A stretch of 64,000 nucleotides of DNA from NCBI RefSeq assembly GCF_963921235.1, contig NC_086097.1, positions 127,226,001 through 127,290,000 on the forward strand, given 5' to 3'. This document shows, one piece after another, positions 38,946 to 50,978 of this stretch. Made by a program: the position numbers and the translations under genes. Within the stretch, counting starts at the first letter, position 1. Every line of letters begins with the position of its first letter. This DNA comes from Mobula hypostoma (Eukaryota). The notes beneath the pieces were generated by a model. That model searched no databases. It was not told the origin of the DNA and worked only from the letters and a program-made list of their open reading frames with translations.

Positions 38946-40215
38946 TAATTTGTTTTGAGTGAACTTAGTGATGATTAAATAAGAGATTGTGACAGTTTAA
39001 GAGATTTGGTAATTGACTTGTGAGAAGAGCTGGAAAATAAATAAGATGAGAAACCTTTATTCTCTCTGGGGAGTGATTTGTAGTCGAAGCACATTGAGCT
39101 GGAACTAAGATGGTTCCTTCTCCATCTTCCTTCCCCTTTCTCCCCAATTCCCACTGCAGCTCTTGTCTACTCTTTGTCCTGTGGCTGCTCTGTTCAGTAC
39201 TTAAACATGAGGCCGACAGCAGTAATTTAGTTTACATAACCATCTGGGCACACCAACCTGAGTAGAGCAGTGGTTCTATTTTTTTTTAATGGAAAACCTG
39301 AAAAGCTACCTAAGGAAATGGTGGTGGGCTTCAGTAAAGCTCATGCTTGGCCAAACAGGAGGGTCGAGAGACAGAGGGCGCAGATTGATAGTGATCAGCA
39401 GAAAGGTGATGTGAGGGAGTAACTCCCTAACACAGTGAGTCATTATGACTTGGAATGTCAGAGCCGAAGGATGGTGCAGGCAAATGCAATCATAACTTTT
39501 AAAGAGACTCCCATCCGGTCTCCCACATCTCCGCACAGTTCAACAGACAGCTGAACAATACTGTAGTGAAACATTTCGGCTAGAAGAGCTGCAGCTTATA
39601 GCGACGAAGACTGAGTTCAATTCAGACACTCTGTGTGGAGTTCATATGTTCTCCTTGAGACTGTGTGCGCTTCCTTCAGTTTCCCCTCACACCTGTAGAT
39701 GTGCAAGGTGGTAGGTAACTGGCCAAAGTATATTGTCCCCAATGTGTAGGTGATTGGTAGAAACTGGGGTGAGGGGGAAATTGATGTCAATGCAAGGAGA
39801 ATAAAAGAAATTGTACAGCTAGTATAAATAGCTGGTTGATGGGCCAAAGGACATGTCTCCATGCCTGTTTATGCCTCTGACTATGACTTATGTTAGTGGT
39901 TTTGATGAGAGGAACAGAGAGGTGGTGATAAAGGGATGGAATTCTAAGGTTTCTTCCTCGAGTTGCTGCCTGACCCCACAGTGTATTGCTAGTACTTTCT
40001 GGTTTTGTTTTGGAATTCCGGCATCTGCAGTTTATTTTCTTCCTTGCCAAATGACATAAGGTAGCTACCATTCGGTGGTCTTCCACAAAGTTAAGTGTTC
40101 CATTCACCTGCATTCGTCCGTGATATATGTTTATCAAGGATTAACAACATTGAGTACAAATCCTCGTTGGGTATTGTTTGGGTGCTGTTTGGAAATATTT
40201 ATAAATATATTTACA

Positions 40216-40528
40216 GGGCCGGCTGGTGGCGCAACGACATTGGTATTGGACCCAGGAGCGGAGGTTCCCGGGTTCGAAACTAGTCGGGTCCGCTCCTGAG
40301 TATGCTTTCCATCCGTGCCGGGTTGAGTGTCGAGGTTGCAATTCGACCTTGTAAAAGTAAAAGGGAAAATACTGCGAAAATGTCTGTGAGGAGTGGTGCG
40401 CCACACTGTCTCACTCTCGCTCCGCGCCTTGTAAAAAGCCATGAAAAAGACATCATCACGGACTCACGCACGCACACGCAGACGTGCACACACTGACACA
40501 CACACAGGCACATGCCAAAAATAAATAA
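40216..40528 (+). mobile_element. Full-length tRNA-derived SINE
   Basis: A-box-like TGGCGCAACG (40227) and B box GGTTCGAAAC (40271-40280), CA-rich tract and A-rich tail. 15-bp TSD ataaatatatttaca (40201-40215) / ataaatatatctaca (40529-40543). Confidence 0.85.
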
Positions 40529-40901
40529 ATAAATATATCTACAAGTAGTCCCTGGGTAATGTAAAGGTTCCCTTCCCAAGAACATGTACCAGGCTATTTT
40601 TCTGTAAATTGGAGCCATTTCTTTTTCATAACTATCCATGTCATATCACTTTGGATACTCTTCCTACAATTCTTTCATTTCATCGAATATTCATCCTGAC
40701 TACCAATAATCAAGCCAATGAAATTTTATGCAATATCTAATTGTTAATACCATATAACATCATACTAGCATGAAAATATCTCTCAATGTGTATGGGAGAA
40801 TTTGTAGGAGATTGGATTTTCTTCTGGATCAAGGGAGGCTACTGTATAACCCTGTGTAGTGTTGGTGCATTCATTTAATTTTTAATTTCTTTTCCTTGCA
40901 G

Positions 40902-41094
40902 TTGAGCAGGAAGAAGACTTTACTCTTTACCAGCCACACCGACAGGAGTACAAATTTAATCTGTCCCAAATTCCAGAGGGAGAAGCTGTCACGGCTGCAG
41001 AGTTCCGAATTTACAAGGAGTGGGTCAGAAGCCGCTTTGAAAACGAGACATTTGAGATTGGCATCTACCAGGTGTTGCGTGAAAATGCAGACAG
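40902..41094 (+). CDS. BMP6: Internal coding exon (equivalent to exon 2) of a BMP5/6/7/8-subfamily gene, TGF-beta prodomain; most like BMP6
   Basis: Polypyrimidine tract and acceptor (tttccttgcag) ending at 40901, GTAGGT donor at 41095, length 193 bp. Translation (V)[63 protein letters not shown](R) contains the subfamily motif [24 protein letters not shown] is BMP6-like. Subfamily call is firm; the paralogue (BMP6 vs BMP7) is less so. Not in the ORF track. Confidence 0.88.
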
Positions 41095-44000
41095 GTAGGT
41101 TTATCTTACTCATTTCAACTGACCCATCCACTCCACTCCCCTGACCCTCGCACACTTTTGCTGGGCTCTGGACAGTTCTGTAATGAAATGGGTAAAACGA
41201 TGTCTTATTTGACATCAGAAGAGACTGAGTGAGTCAGGCCTCCTTTCTCCAAATCTTGGAAGATTGACAGTTTGAAACTTACAAAGGTTTTGAAGCACTC
41301 AATGGGACAGACGTGGGGAAAATGTTCCCCCTTGATCAGGGAATCTCAAAAGCTTTTGGTCAAATCACATCAAGTTGAGTTTATTGTCACATGCACAAGT
41401 ATACTGAGGTACCGTACAATGCGAAACCTGCATGCAGTAACTTTGCAGGCACGTTGGTACGGGCAACACACAAAGTAAATTGTACAGCCATAAAGAGAGA
41501 AAAAAGATGCAAAAAAAAGCAAGACCTTAGTACAAAAAAAGGGGAAATAATCAAAGAAGCCCATGATAGTGCAAGAGGAATCCATTGTTGAGTAAGTGAG
41601 ACAAGGAGAAACTTCACTTGGAGTGTAGTAAATCTGTGAAATTGTCCAGTATGGATATCTGTTGAGGTTCAGCTGATGGGTTTGTGTAAACTGTTCTCCC
41701 TGTGACGGTGTGGGTTTCCTCCATGTGCTCCAGTTTCTCCCCCCGCCCGCCCACATTCCATTCCAACAACGTACGTGTTGGTAGGCTGATTGGTCACATG
41801 GGTGTAATTGAGTGGCACGGGCTCTTTGGGCCGGAAAGGCCTGTTGCCATGCTTTATCTCTAAGTAAATACAAAAAATAAAATAAATAAATGGATGTTAA
41901 AGGAGCAAAGGGAAATGTGGATAGGGCAGCTGTAGATTAGAAAGCTGAATGGTGGCATTGACCCCATTGGCTAAATAAACTCCTATCTCTCTTACTTATG
42001 TCGAATGGCTGTCAAACCAATACTGCATCGTGTCTGCTGTGCAGGGGAATAGTTATCAGTACTCTTGATTTTTGACTTATGGAGGCAGGCAGTACCGAAA
42101 CAGGCTCACAAAGGACTTAACCATGCCAATCCCATTTACCAGCACTTGTTCTGCAGCCTTCCATGCCTTGACAATTCAAATGTTGGTCCAGCTACTCAAA
42201 TGTTGTGAGGGTATCTGCCTCCACCACAGACAGCGCTTTCCATATTCCAAACACTCTCAGGATAAGAATGTCTTCCTCAGATCCCCTCTTAACCCTTGCC
42301 CTTTTGCCCATAAAGTCTTTAGTTGTAGACACCTCTGCTTTGGCGAAAAATGTTTCCTACTATTCTCTCCAATAACCTCCAACAATTGTTTTAATCTTTC
42401 ATCGTTTGCCCTCTGCCTATCTCCAAGGCAGGGGTTCCCACCCTGGGGTCCACAGACTCCTTGCCTAATGGCATTGGTCCGTGGCATAAAAAGAGGGAGT
42501 CACCAATCCCAGCCTGGTTACTGAAATATTCAATCCCAGGCAGCGTCCTGCTCAATTTCCCTTGCATCTTCTTATGTGTAACCAAAGTTTTATATAAAGT
42601 TGTATCGTTATGTTCTGTTCCCTTGGCTTTCCCCTTTTGAGCGATACTTACCATGTAAAGACAAGTCTAATGAAGAGGTATTGGGTTTATGTTTGCTGTG
42701 CTGTGCTACAGACTTACAAATATGCTTAAAATGCAGTTCTTGCACAAAATGGACTGATTATATATCTGGTTTACGTCCGCTAATACGATGAACCGAGATC
42801 GAGGATTGGGCCTACTCTGGCTGCTCCGGGGACTCAACCTGGTTCAGAATGCTATCGTTTGGTGTGTGTGTGTACACCAACATGTACGTCCTCTTTCTCT
42901 GCGCAATTGTTATGGTCTTCTTTGGGTTCTTCGGGTTTCTTGCTTTGTGGCTGCCTGTAAGCAAACAAATCTCAGGGTGTATAATTTTTACATTCTTTGA
43001 TAATAAATCGACTTTGAATCTTGAACATCCTGACCTCATTTCAGCTGGTGCAACTGTTTTGCGACGCTTCCCTCCAGATTTGCCCTGTTGAGTCCTACCA
43101 GTTGCAGCTTTGTGCTGTTTATCCTGAGTGAGTGAACAGATCCAAAGTAGATCAACTAGAGCTGGTGTTGCTTGCCAGATATTCTCCTCAGTGACACTAG
43201 GTGATATTGCAGTTTAAACTCTCAACGTGGAGGTTCTTGGTTAAAAGCAAATCTGTTTCAAAGCAACATGGCTCAAAAAAAGCCCTTCAATGTGTTAACT
43301 TAGCAGTGGTTCCTCTTGGCAATCAGGCCTGTACATTCAGGTCAAAAGGAGCTTTTCTCATGCCTTTGATATTCTTGTATAGCTTTCAAGATACTGCGTT
43401 TTTAAAGTCTGACTTTACTTCTCCAGATATGGGTAGCCTGCTGTTTTTTTAAGGATTTTTGTTGTTGAAAAGCAGAGCCTTCTGGAAATGGCCTCCTAAG
43501 CAGTGAGTGTGAAAGGTGTGATTTAAGAGCAGCCCTTTTGGACTGAGCAGACAGTGACGGATGTTTTTTTTTGCCTGCACAATTGACCTTCTTGTGCATT
43601 CTGAGAGGGCAGTCCTGAACCACTCGTGATTTATCAGATTATGTTGTATTAAAAATTATTTTCATTGGTGCAGTTGGAGGTTTTGCGAACTACAAGTTGG
43701 CTGTTGGCAGTGCATGGCAAATTAAAAGGGTTTTGTTGCTGGACATGTGGAACTTCAGGGAATTTTCTGACGTTGCTGGGAAAGGTGGTGGAATTAAACA
43801 CTGGAGCATGTGGTTGACAATTGACAGTGCTTAAGCACGGAGAGGCTGTAGAATCTGGCTGAAGTACAGACCCAGGTTCTGTGATTGTACTGAGAATTAA
43901 GGTCTCTTTACACTGTGTATCTGATGTTAACTCCAGGAGTCTCCACGTGGTTAGAAGTTGCTGTACCAATTGTCTGGCTGCTCAGTTGGCCATGCAGTTG

Positions 44001-44686
44001 AAATCTTTAGAAACAGATCTATTTTGAAACCATTGCATCTTTCAGCTCACTTTTCCAGTTGGAAAGATTCCTTAATGAGTTGATTCCCACTCTAATGAGG
44101 CATGACGGAATTGAATTGAATACCAATGCATAAGCTACCTTGGGGTTAACAACCCTGACTAGTCAAACAAAGCTGTTACGGAACCAGCAAAGAAGGATCC
44201 TTCTACACCTGGGTGCAATGGTGTTCGTGCATGACTGGCAGTAAACCGCGAGGAAGCTACTGATGTGATGAAGGAAGCCGTGAGCGCTACGAGAGATGGA
44301 GGACCTTCACTGCTCCCTACACACCAGCAGTGTGACAGGCAAAAAAGGAAGAACGCTTAAGATGCTGCTCAACACTCTTAAACTCAAGAATCCCGCAAAG
44401 AAACCCAGAGGAACTCAGCAGGTCAGGCAGCATCTTTGGAGAGGAATAAACAGTGGACATTTCAGGCCAAGACCCTTTATCAGGTTAACAATCTTTCTAC
44501 TGCTGAAAAACTTGGGGCTTTAGGATGTAAGAAATGTCAAATTTCTGTATTCCGTGATAGTTTCATTTTTAATTTTTAAAAAGTTTGAAACTTCAGTTTC
44601 TGATTCTACTCCTTGTATGTGTCCTAGTCTTTATCTCATCTTTGTATGAGCTGTGTGATAATTCCCACTTGGTTCTACCTAGTTGT

Positions 44687-44895
44687 CCACATCAAAGTTG
44701 CTGGTGAACACAGCAGGCCAGGCAGCATCTCTAGGAAGAAGTACAGTCGACGTTTCGGGCCGAGACCCTTCGTCAGGACTAACTGAAGGAAGAGCTAGTA
44801 ACATCTCTTCCTAGAGATGTTGCCTGGCCTGCTGCGTTCACCAGCAACTTTGATATGTGTTGCTTCAATTTCCAGCATCTGCAGAATTCCTCGTG
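44687..44895. mobile_element. 209-bp fold-back PLE-derived mini-element carrying a hammerhead
   Basis: Flanked by tctacctagttgt (44674-44686) and tctacctagctgt (44896-44908). Inverted arms at ~44689-44739 and ~44806-44857 match the terminal repeat of the 33904-37003 element. Confidence 0.85.
44744..44785 (-). ncRNA. Minimal type I hammerhead ribozyme motif with intact core
   Basis: Reverse complement reads cagttagtc-CTGACGA-a-gggt-ctcg-gccc-GAAA-cg-TC-gactg. Confidence 0.85.
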
Positions 44896-47800
44896 TCTAC
44901 CTAGCTGTGTTGTCTTTGGGAAAGCTTCATTGTAGTTGGTTGATTAACTGCTTGCTGTGTGCCAGAGCTCCCTTGGAGCTAATGACAGAATAGAATTACT
45001 GCTCAGAAGACTCTGATACTGACTGTAAAATTCCAGGTCATTAACCTGTTTTTCCTGTTCAAATGCTGATTCCTTGTACAGAATTCTTGCTGTGACACTG
45101 AAATTTCTGTTATCCAAATGGTGCAAAAATGATTAACCATTTCACATTGAATGCGTCATATTTTCTTTCCAATTCATTGCTTTCATGAAGTTTTTCTCAA
45201 AAGATTTTCAAACAGTGGCTTCATTTCTCCCAGTCTGATCTGGGTTCAAATATTATACATTCACCCAGAGTAACTGTGATTTAGTTTTCTCTGTCAAGCT
45301 GTTTCAGGTAAGTAATTGGAGTCAAATTCCAATAATCCAACACCTAAGGTCAAGGTAGAGTTATTACAATATTCACAAGAACATGTATGCACAGGCACAG
45401 TGACAAACATATTTGTAGCACCATCACAGGCACTTAGCATTACAGACACATCATTCACAAGAAAAACATAAATTAGACATAGATTATACGCAATTTCTAC
45501 AAGAAAGAATGCAATTAGAACAAAAACATTAATTGTAGTGCAAGTATGGTCGTCGTGTTGCTACTCTTGAGGTAGTGAGTAGGGTTGAGGAGGTTGGTAC
45601 AAGAACTGAATAGATGAAGAGAAATAGCTGTTCTTGTACCTGGTGGTGTGGGACTTAAGGCTTCGGTACATAGTGTCCACTGGGAATTTGATAGTGAATT
45701 TTCTGGACTATTGGTAATTACACTTTCCTTTCATCACTCTGACATCTGATGCAGTAATATAATAATTTTTGCCGTGGCTAGAATTCAAAGGGAGCAGGAA
45801 ATATACAAGCAATTGAGACCACTGGCTCTGGCTACAGACGTGTCTATGTTCCTGAACCCTATTGTTTCAGACTCCAGTTCCAATGATATACCTGGCCTGC
45901 ACTCCCAGCACATATTTCCAGACTGATTTGACCCGGATGCTGGATCACCAGGATTTCCAAAACAATTGGATATTGGCTTATTGGAGTTTGACTGCATTTT
46001 TTTCCTTTGCTACTATCTTTGTATATCACCAGACAAAAAGCCTGGGTTTTGCAAAAACAATTTAGTGCACTGTGTGGTATGAGTTTTGACTTTTGGCTGG
46101 AGTGAACAAGAACAGATGTGGGAGATGAGAGGGGGGAGAAACTGAGGCATCCAGTAGGTTTCCGCATCTTCGTAAAGGAAGTAGTGGCAAAAAAGGCAAG
46201 TGAAAACTCATTTCAGTGGCAGCTTCAAAATCCAACAAAGTACTGAGTAAGTGTGATCATTGTTTAACATGGGAAATCCCCCAGCTAATGTGTGCACGGC
46301 AGGCTCCCACAAGTATCAGGTTAAATTGTTTCGACGACAGTGGTTGAGGGATAAGTATCGGTTTGGGACTATGGATAACTCACACCTAGGAGGCTGCATG
46401 TATGGAATAAACTGCCAGAGAAAATAGCTGGGACAGGTGCAATAGCAACATTTAAAAGACACATTGATGCGTACCTGAATAGGAAAGGTTGAAAGATATG
46501 AGTCAAATGTGGACAAATGAAACTAGGTCAGATGTACACTTCCCTACTCCCGCTGAGGGTAGTATCATGAAATTAGTTTCCATTTCACACTCTCCAGCAA
46601 TTTAGCATTTCCTCAACAGCCTAGATTTTTGTGCTGGAGCAGAATTTGAACCAACAAACAGGCAATAGTCCTGAAGAAGGGTCTCGGCCTGAAATGTTGA
46701 GTGTTTATTCGTTTCCATAGATGTTGCCTGGCTTGCTGAGTTCTTCCAGCATTTTCTGTGATTTGAACAGGAGATAATGCTACTGAATGAGCCACTGCTG
46801 GGGAGTCTCCCCTTTCTTATCATTCCAAAACTGTGCATTGCAAAGAAACAAAAATTTGAAAAGGGAATATCAAAGCAGATGATCTTGAAAATACTTTTAG
46901 CGGACAAGTAGTTTTGAGTAAAATGCACAAAGTACTGGAGAAACTCAGCAGGTCAGGCAGCATCTATGGAGGGGAATAAACAGTCAACTTTTCGGCCCAA
47001 GACCCTTCATCAGGAAGGGTTCTTGGTTCTTGCCGCAATTTTTGCGTGTTACACTGGATTTCCAACATTCTCAGAATGTCTTGTGTTTACATCCATTTTG
47101 ATATCTGTTAACTTCTACCCACAGAACTTGTTGGGCTGCGTTGAAGGTGCCTTGTCCTAAGTGAAGATTCAAACAGTGGCACTGGAAAAAACGTCAATAA
47201 TCTAGTACTGTCTGGGCTTTGGTGCCAGAATAGCAGTTTCAGCTCATCAAGCAGACCCCATCTCCAGTATGAAACCTACCCACAGTCCTGACCACCACCC
47301 CCCGTGTTCCTGTTCCTGATCCTGACCCAGAGTCCAGCTGCACACTGGTCCCAGCCACACAAAAGACCTCCAGCTCAAGTTGTACATCCCAAACCATGTC
47401 AGGTTAATGAACGAGCCAAATTCCAAATGACTGGAATTTCTGAATAATTAGATTCTGGATTAAAGAAATTTCTCCTCATCTCCTTTCTAAATGGACGTCC
47501 CTGTCGCCTGAGGTTGTGTTCTCTGGTCTTTGACTCCCCCACTATAGTAAATGTGCTGTCCATATCCACTCTGTCTAGGCCTTTCAATAATTGATAGGTT
47601 TTAGTGAGATCCTGCCTCATTCTTCCAAACTCTAGCAAGTACAAGCCCAGAACCATCAGAGACTCCTCAGACATTACTGTTTCCTTCCCAGAATATTCTT
47701 CATGAACCTCCCCTGGATTCTCTCCAACCCCAGCACATCCTTTCGTAGATTGGGGCCCAAAACTGCACACAATGCTCCAACCAATGCCTTAGAAGCCTGA

Positions 47801-48441
47801 GCAATACATCCTTGCTCTTGTATTCTAGTCCTCTCAAAATGAATGCTGACATTGCATTTGCCTCCTTTACAGCTGACTCAACCTTCAACTTGGCCTTTAG
47901 GGAAGCCTGCACAAGGACTCCCAAGTCTCTTTGAACCCCTGATTTTTGAATTTTCTCCCTGGTTAGGAAATAGTCTATGTCTTTATTCATTCTATCAAAT
48001 TGCCTGACCATACACACCCGGACACTATATTCCATCTGCTACTTCTTTGCCCATTCTCCCAGTCTGCCTATGTCTTTCCAGTCTCCCTGCTTCCTCAAAA
48101 CTACCTGCTTCTTCACCAACCTTCGTATCATCTGCAAGCTTGGCCACAATGCCGTCAGTTATGTCATCCAAGTCATTGACATATAACATGAAAAGAAGTG
48201 GTCCTAACACTGATCCCTGCCGAACACCACTAGTCACTGGTAGCCAATCAGAAAAGGCCCCTATTATTCCCACTCTTTGCTTCCTGCCAGTCAGCCAATA
48301 TTGCATCCATGCTAGTATCTTTCCTGTATGTAGTACCATGGGCTCTTACCTTGTTAAGCAGCCTTGTCAAAGGCTTCTAGAAGATCCATGTAAACAACAT
48401 CCATTGACTCCCATTTGTCTATTTTGTTTATTACTTTATCA

Positions 48442-50978
48442 CGAGACAACCCGGTGACCCATTGCAGTCTAATGTGATGTGCTTTGGAAATTAAAGAAGA
48501 AAAACTCAGTTTATTAAAGAAGAAAGACGCGTGGAAAGACAAATAGAGCTCCTCCTCATTTAACGAAGGACACTTTTGATGACAACATTTCTGGTTGATC
48601 CGCCACCCCTCAGGAATGCTCTAACGTTTTCATTTCTTTTTCCCTGGCTTAAAGCCACGTACAGCTGACCATGCTGGAATACTGGTTTCTCCAAATAAAT
48701 CAACACATTCTCCATTGTTTGGCCTTACACCTTATGTATAGTCATAGCAAAGCGTGACTGTATCGGGAACTGGCTCCGCTGAAGAGGGATATCTTCCCCT
48801 TCTGATAAACAGAGTAATTCTTGGGATCATGACAATGTCATTTTTGAACGCACCAGTGTTTATCTTTGCTATGATGAGATTGTCGTGTAGTTCTTCCACC
48901 ATCATTCGCGTTCCATTGCAAAGCCTTGGTGGATCCAAGTTCCTCGTTGAAATGATGGGAGATCCCCTCTTCAATTCCAGTTTATGTGGTGGCAATCCGG
49001 AGAGTTCGACCGAATCAAGGAATTCTGTTGGAAAATGAGTGGTGTTAGTTCCTTCACTTACGGCATTGAAGGAACAGTATTCTTTCATGATTCCAGGGAA
49101 GTGTCTAATGCATGTGAAGTTGGGTTTTTTTTTTGCATCATTTCATTGAGTGGAACCAAGATAGAATTCCTCGAGAACAGTTCTGCACGATTGTCAAATG
49201 TCGGGTAGATGAAATTAATCCATTCTTCCATAGTTTTTGCTGTCAGAATCATATCTTCAGGTAATTCAATTTCATCATTTTCATTTTTCTCAATTTTGTC
49301 TTCTCCAACATCCAATAAGAACTCAGAATATCATCCTTCTTCCTCACTCAATCGCATGTTTCTCTTCAATTGAAACTTGATGAAGCTTCTCCATAAGTAG
49401 AACTTTTTTATGCATGAATTCTCCACATCAGCATCATTTCCATGTTTCACAACTGCTAGAAGCTGACGGAAATCGCCACAGCAAATGGTTAAAATATTAG
49501 ATTATGAAAACACGCAGACCTGTTTTATTGTCATTTAGTAAAGCATGCATTAAGAAATTATGCAATATTCCTCCGGTGTGATATCACAAAACACAGGACA
49601 GACCAAGCCTGGAAAAAAACTAACAAAACCACATAATTATAACATATAGTTACAACAGTGCAACAATACCCTAACTTGATGAAGAAGTCCATGAGCACAG
49701 TAAAAAGCTCAAAGTTTCTCAAATGTCCCACATCTCATGCAGACGGGAGAAGGAAGAAAAACTCTCCCTGCCATGCCCGACCATAGTCCGACTGAGTCAT
49801 CCGAAAACTTTGAGCCTCTGATCAGCTCTCCGACACCGAGTACTGAGCACCATCTCTATCCAAATGATTCGACCTCAATCTCGGTTGCCAACAGCAGGCA
49901 AAGCCAGGGATTTTGAGGCCTTCCCACCAGAAGATTCCCAATCTCGCAGTAACAACAGCAGCGAACTGGCGTTTCAGAAATTTCTCCAGATGTTCCTCTG
50001 TGCTTTCACGTCTCTCTCCATCAAATCAGAATTGTCCACGGCCCCTATTTAATGGATACAATATCATTTTTCACCGGAGGGTTGCGCACGCTCTCTCTCT
50101 CCTCCTGCTGGCCCCCTGAATACCCCCGAAGGCCTCATTCTTGCTGCATACATCACGAAGAGTCCAGTCCACGGCTTTGAAGTTCTCCCTCCTAATCATA
50201 GAGCACTCATTCCAGACAATAAGCCTCGCATTTTGGAGTAACTTTGCAGTATTGGTGTTTTTATCGATGTTACAAAGGGCATCTTCATTGACTTTGAGGG
50301 GTATTTTGAATCTTGAATGTGCTGTCCTACCACGAGGCATCAGGCGTTGCTGCAATACCTGATGATGCTACAGCAATAGCAACACCTCCATCTCCCCTAT
50401 CTCTAGCGAGGATCAAGTTCATGATAAATGTCTCCCATTCCTCCTGGTGCATCAATGAAAGTCATTGAAGAGAGATTCCTTTCTGGTGTCATCTCTTGAC
50501 CATAATGTCCCCCTTCTTTTTCCACGCAGCATAACTAGGCTGTCCATATTTTTTTACCCTAATGCTTGATAGAAGATACGAGGCAGTAACACCAAAGCCT
50601 CCAGGATGCTGATTTTTCTTGATGATGTGGTTGGCGGTCTCTTAAATGGACATGATAGCCCTGCCCTTTTGCTGTGGTTGGTGTCACTGCTGTGAGCATC
50701 ATGAGGTGCTGCTGAGGCTGGCCGTGCGCATGCGTCGTGGTGTCATGTCGCAGTTTCCATTAAAGCTGGAATTGGCTCGGGTGGTGGAAAGCAGAGCCTG
50801 TTGATTGATGAGTGAGCAATCTTGTGCGAATATATAACCTGAACTTTGCATGCATTCTGTAAGTTAGTGCATTTTAAGTCGATTTAGTCAAAAAAAAGTG
50901 CTGCTGTAATGCATTGTTTGGGCTAATTGGAGGTCACAAACAGACAAATAGAGCATGAGAATTTTAGTAGTATATAAA
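48442..50978 (-). mobile_element. Internally deleted Helitron with a pseudogenised PIF1-family helicase
   Basis: Minus-strand motifs FIDAPGG.G/TF, AVASSGIAA, GRTAHSRFKIPL, FGGILTICCGDFRQ, GLPPHKLELKRG, RNLDPPRLCNGTR, QFPIQSRFAMTIHK and HGQLYVALS. Inserted between A and T of CR1 gaggcaca^tgataaa with no TSD. 5' end TTTATATACTACTAAAA, 3' end GTCTCG. Confidence 0.88.
49497..50118 (-). mobile_element. Copy of the 23408-24077 family inserted in the Helitron helicase
   Basis: Shares gaggaacatctggag...ttctgaaa and the 3' end ...caataaaa...cataatctaa. aata is repeated at 49493-49496 and 50119-50122. Excision rejoins FGGI|LTICCGDFRQ. Confidence 0.82.

Noticed and set aside
40216..40290. Functional tRNA gene
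   Set aside because: No convincing cloverleaf or terminator. It continues into a body and tail bounded by a TSD, so it is a SINE head.
40871..41215. Listed ORFs 40871..41215 (-) and 40896..41144 (+) as genes
   Set aside because: They are shadow frames over the real BMP exon, which reads in a different + frame between splice sites.
48732..50355. Host PIF1 gene or processed pseudogene
   Set aside because: The remnant is bounded by Helitron-type termini at an A^T site with no TSD or poly(A), and is disrupted by stops and frameshifts.
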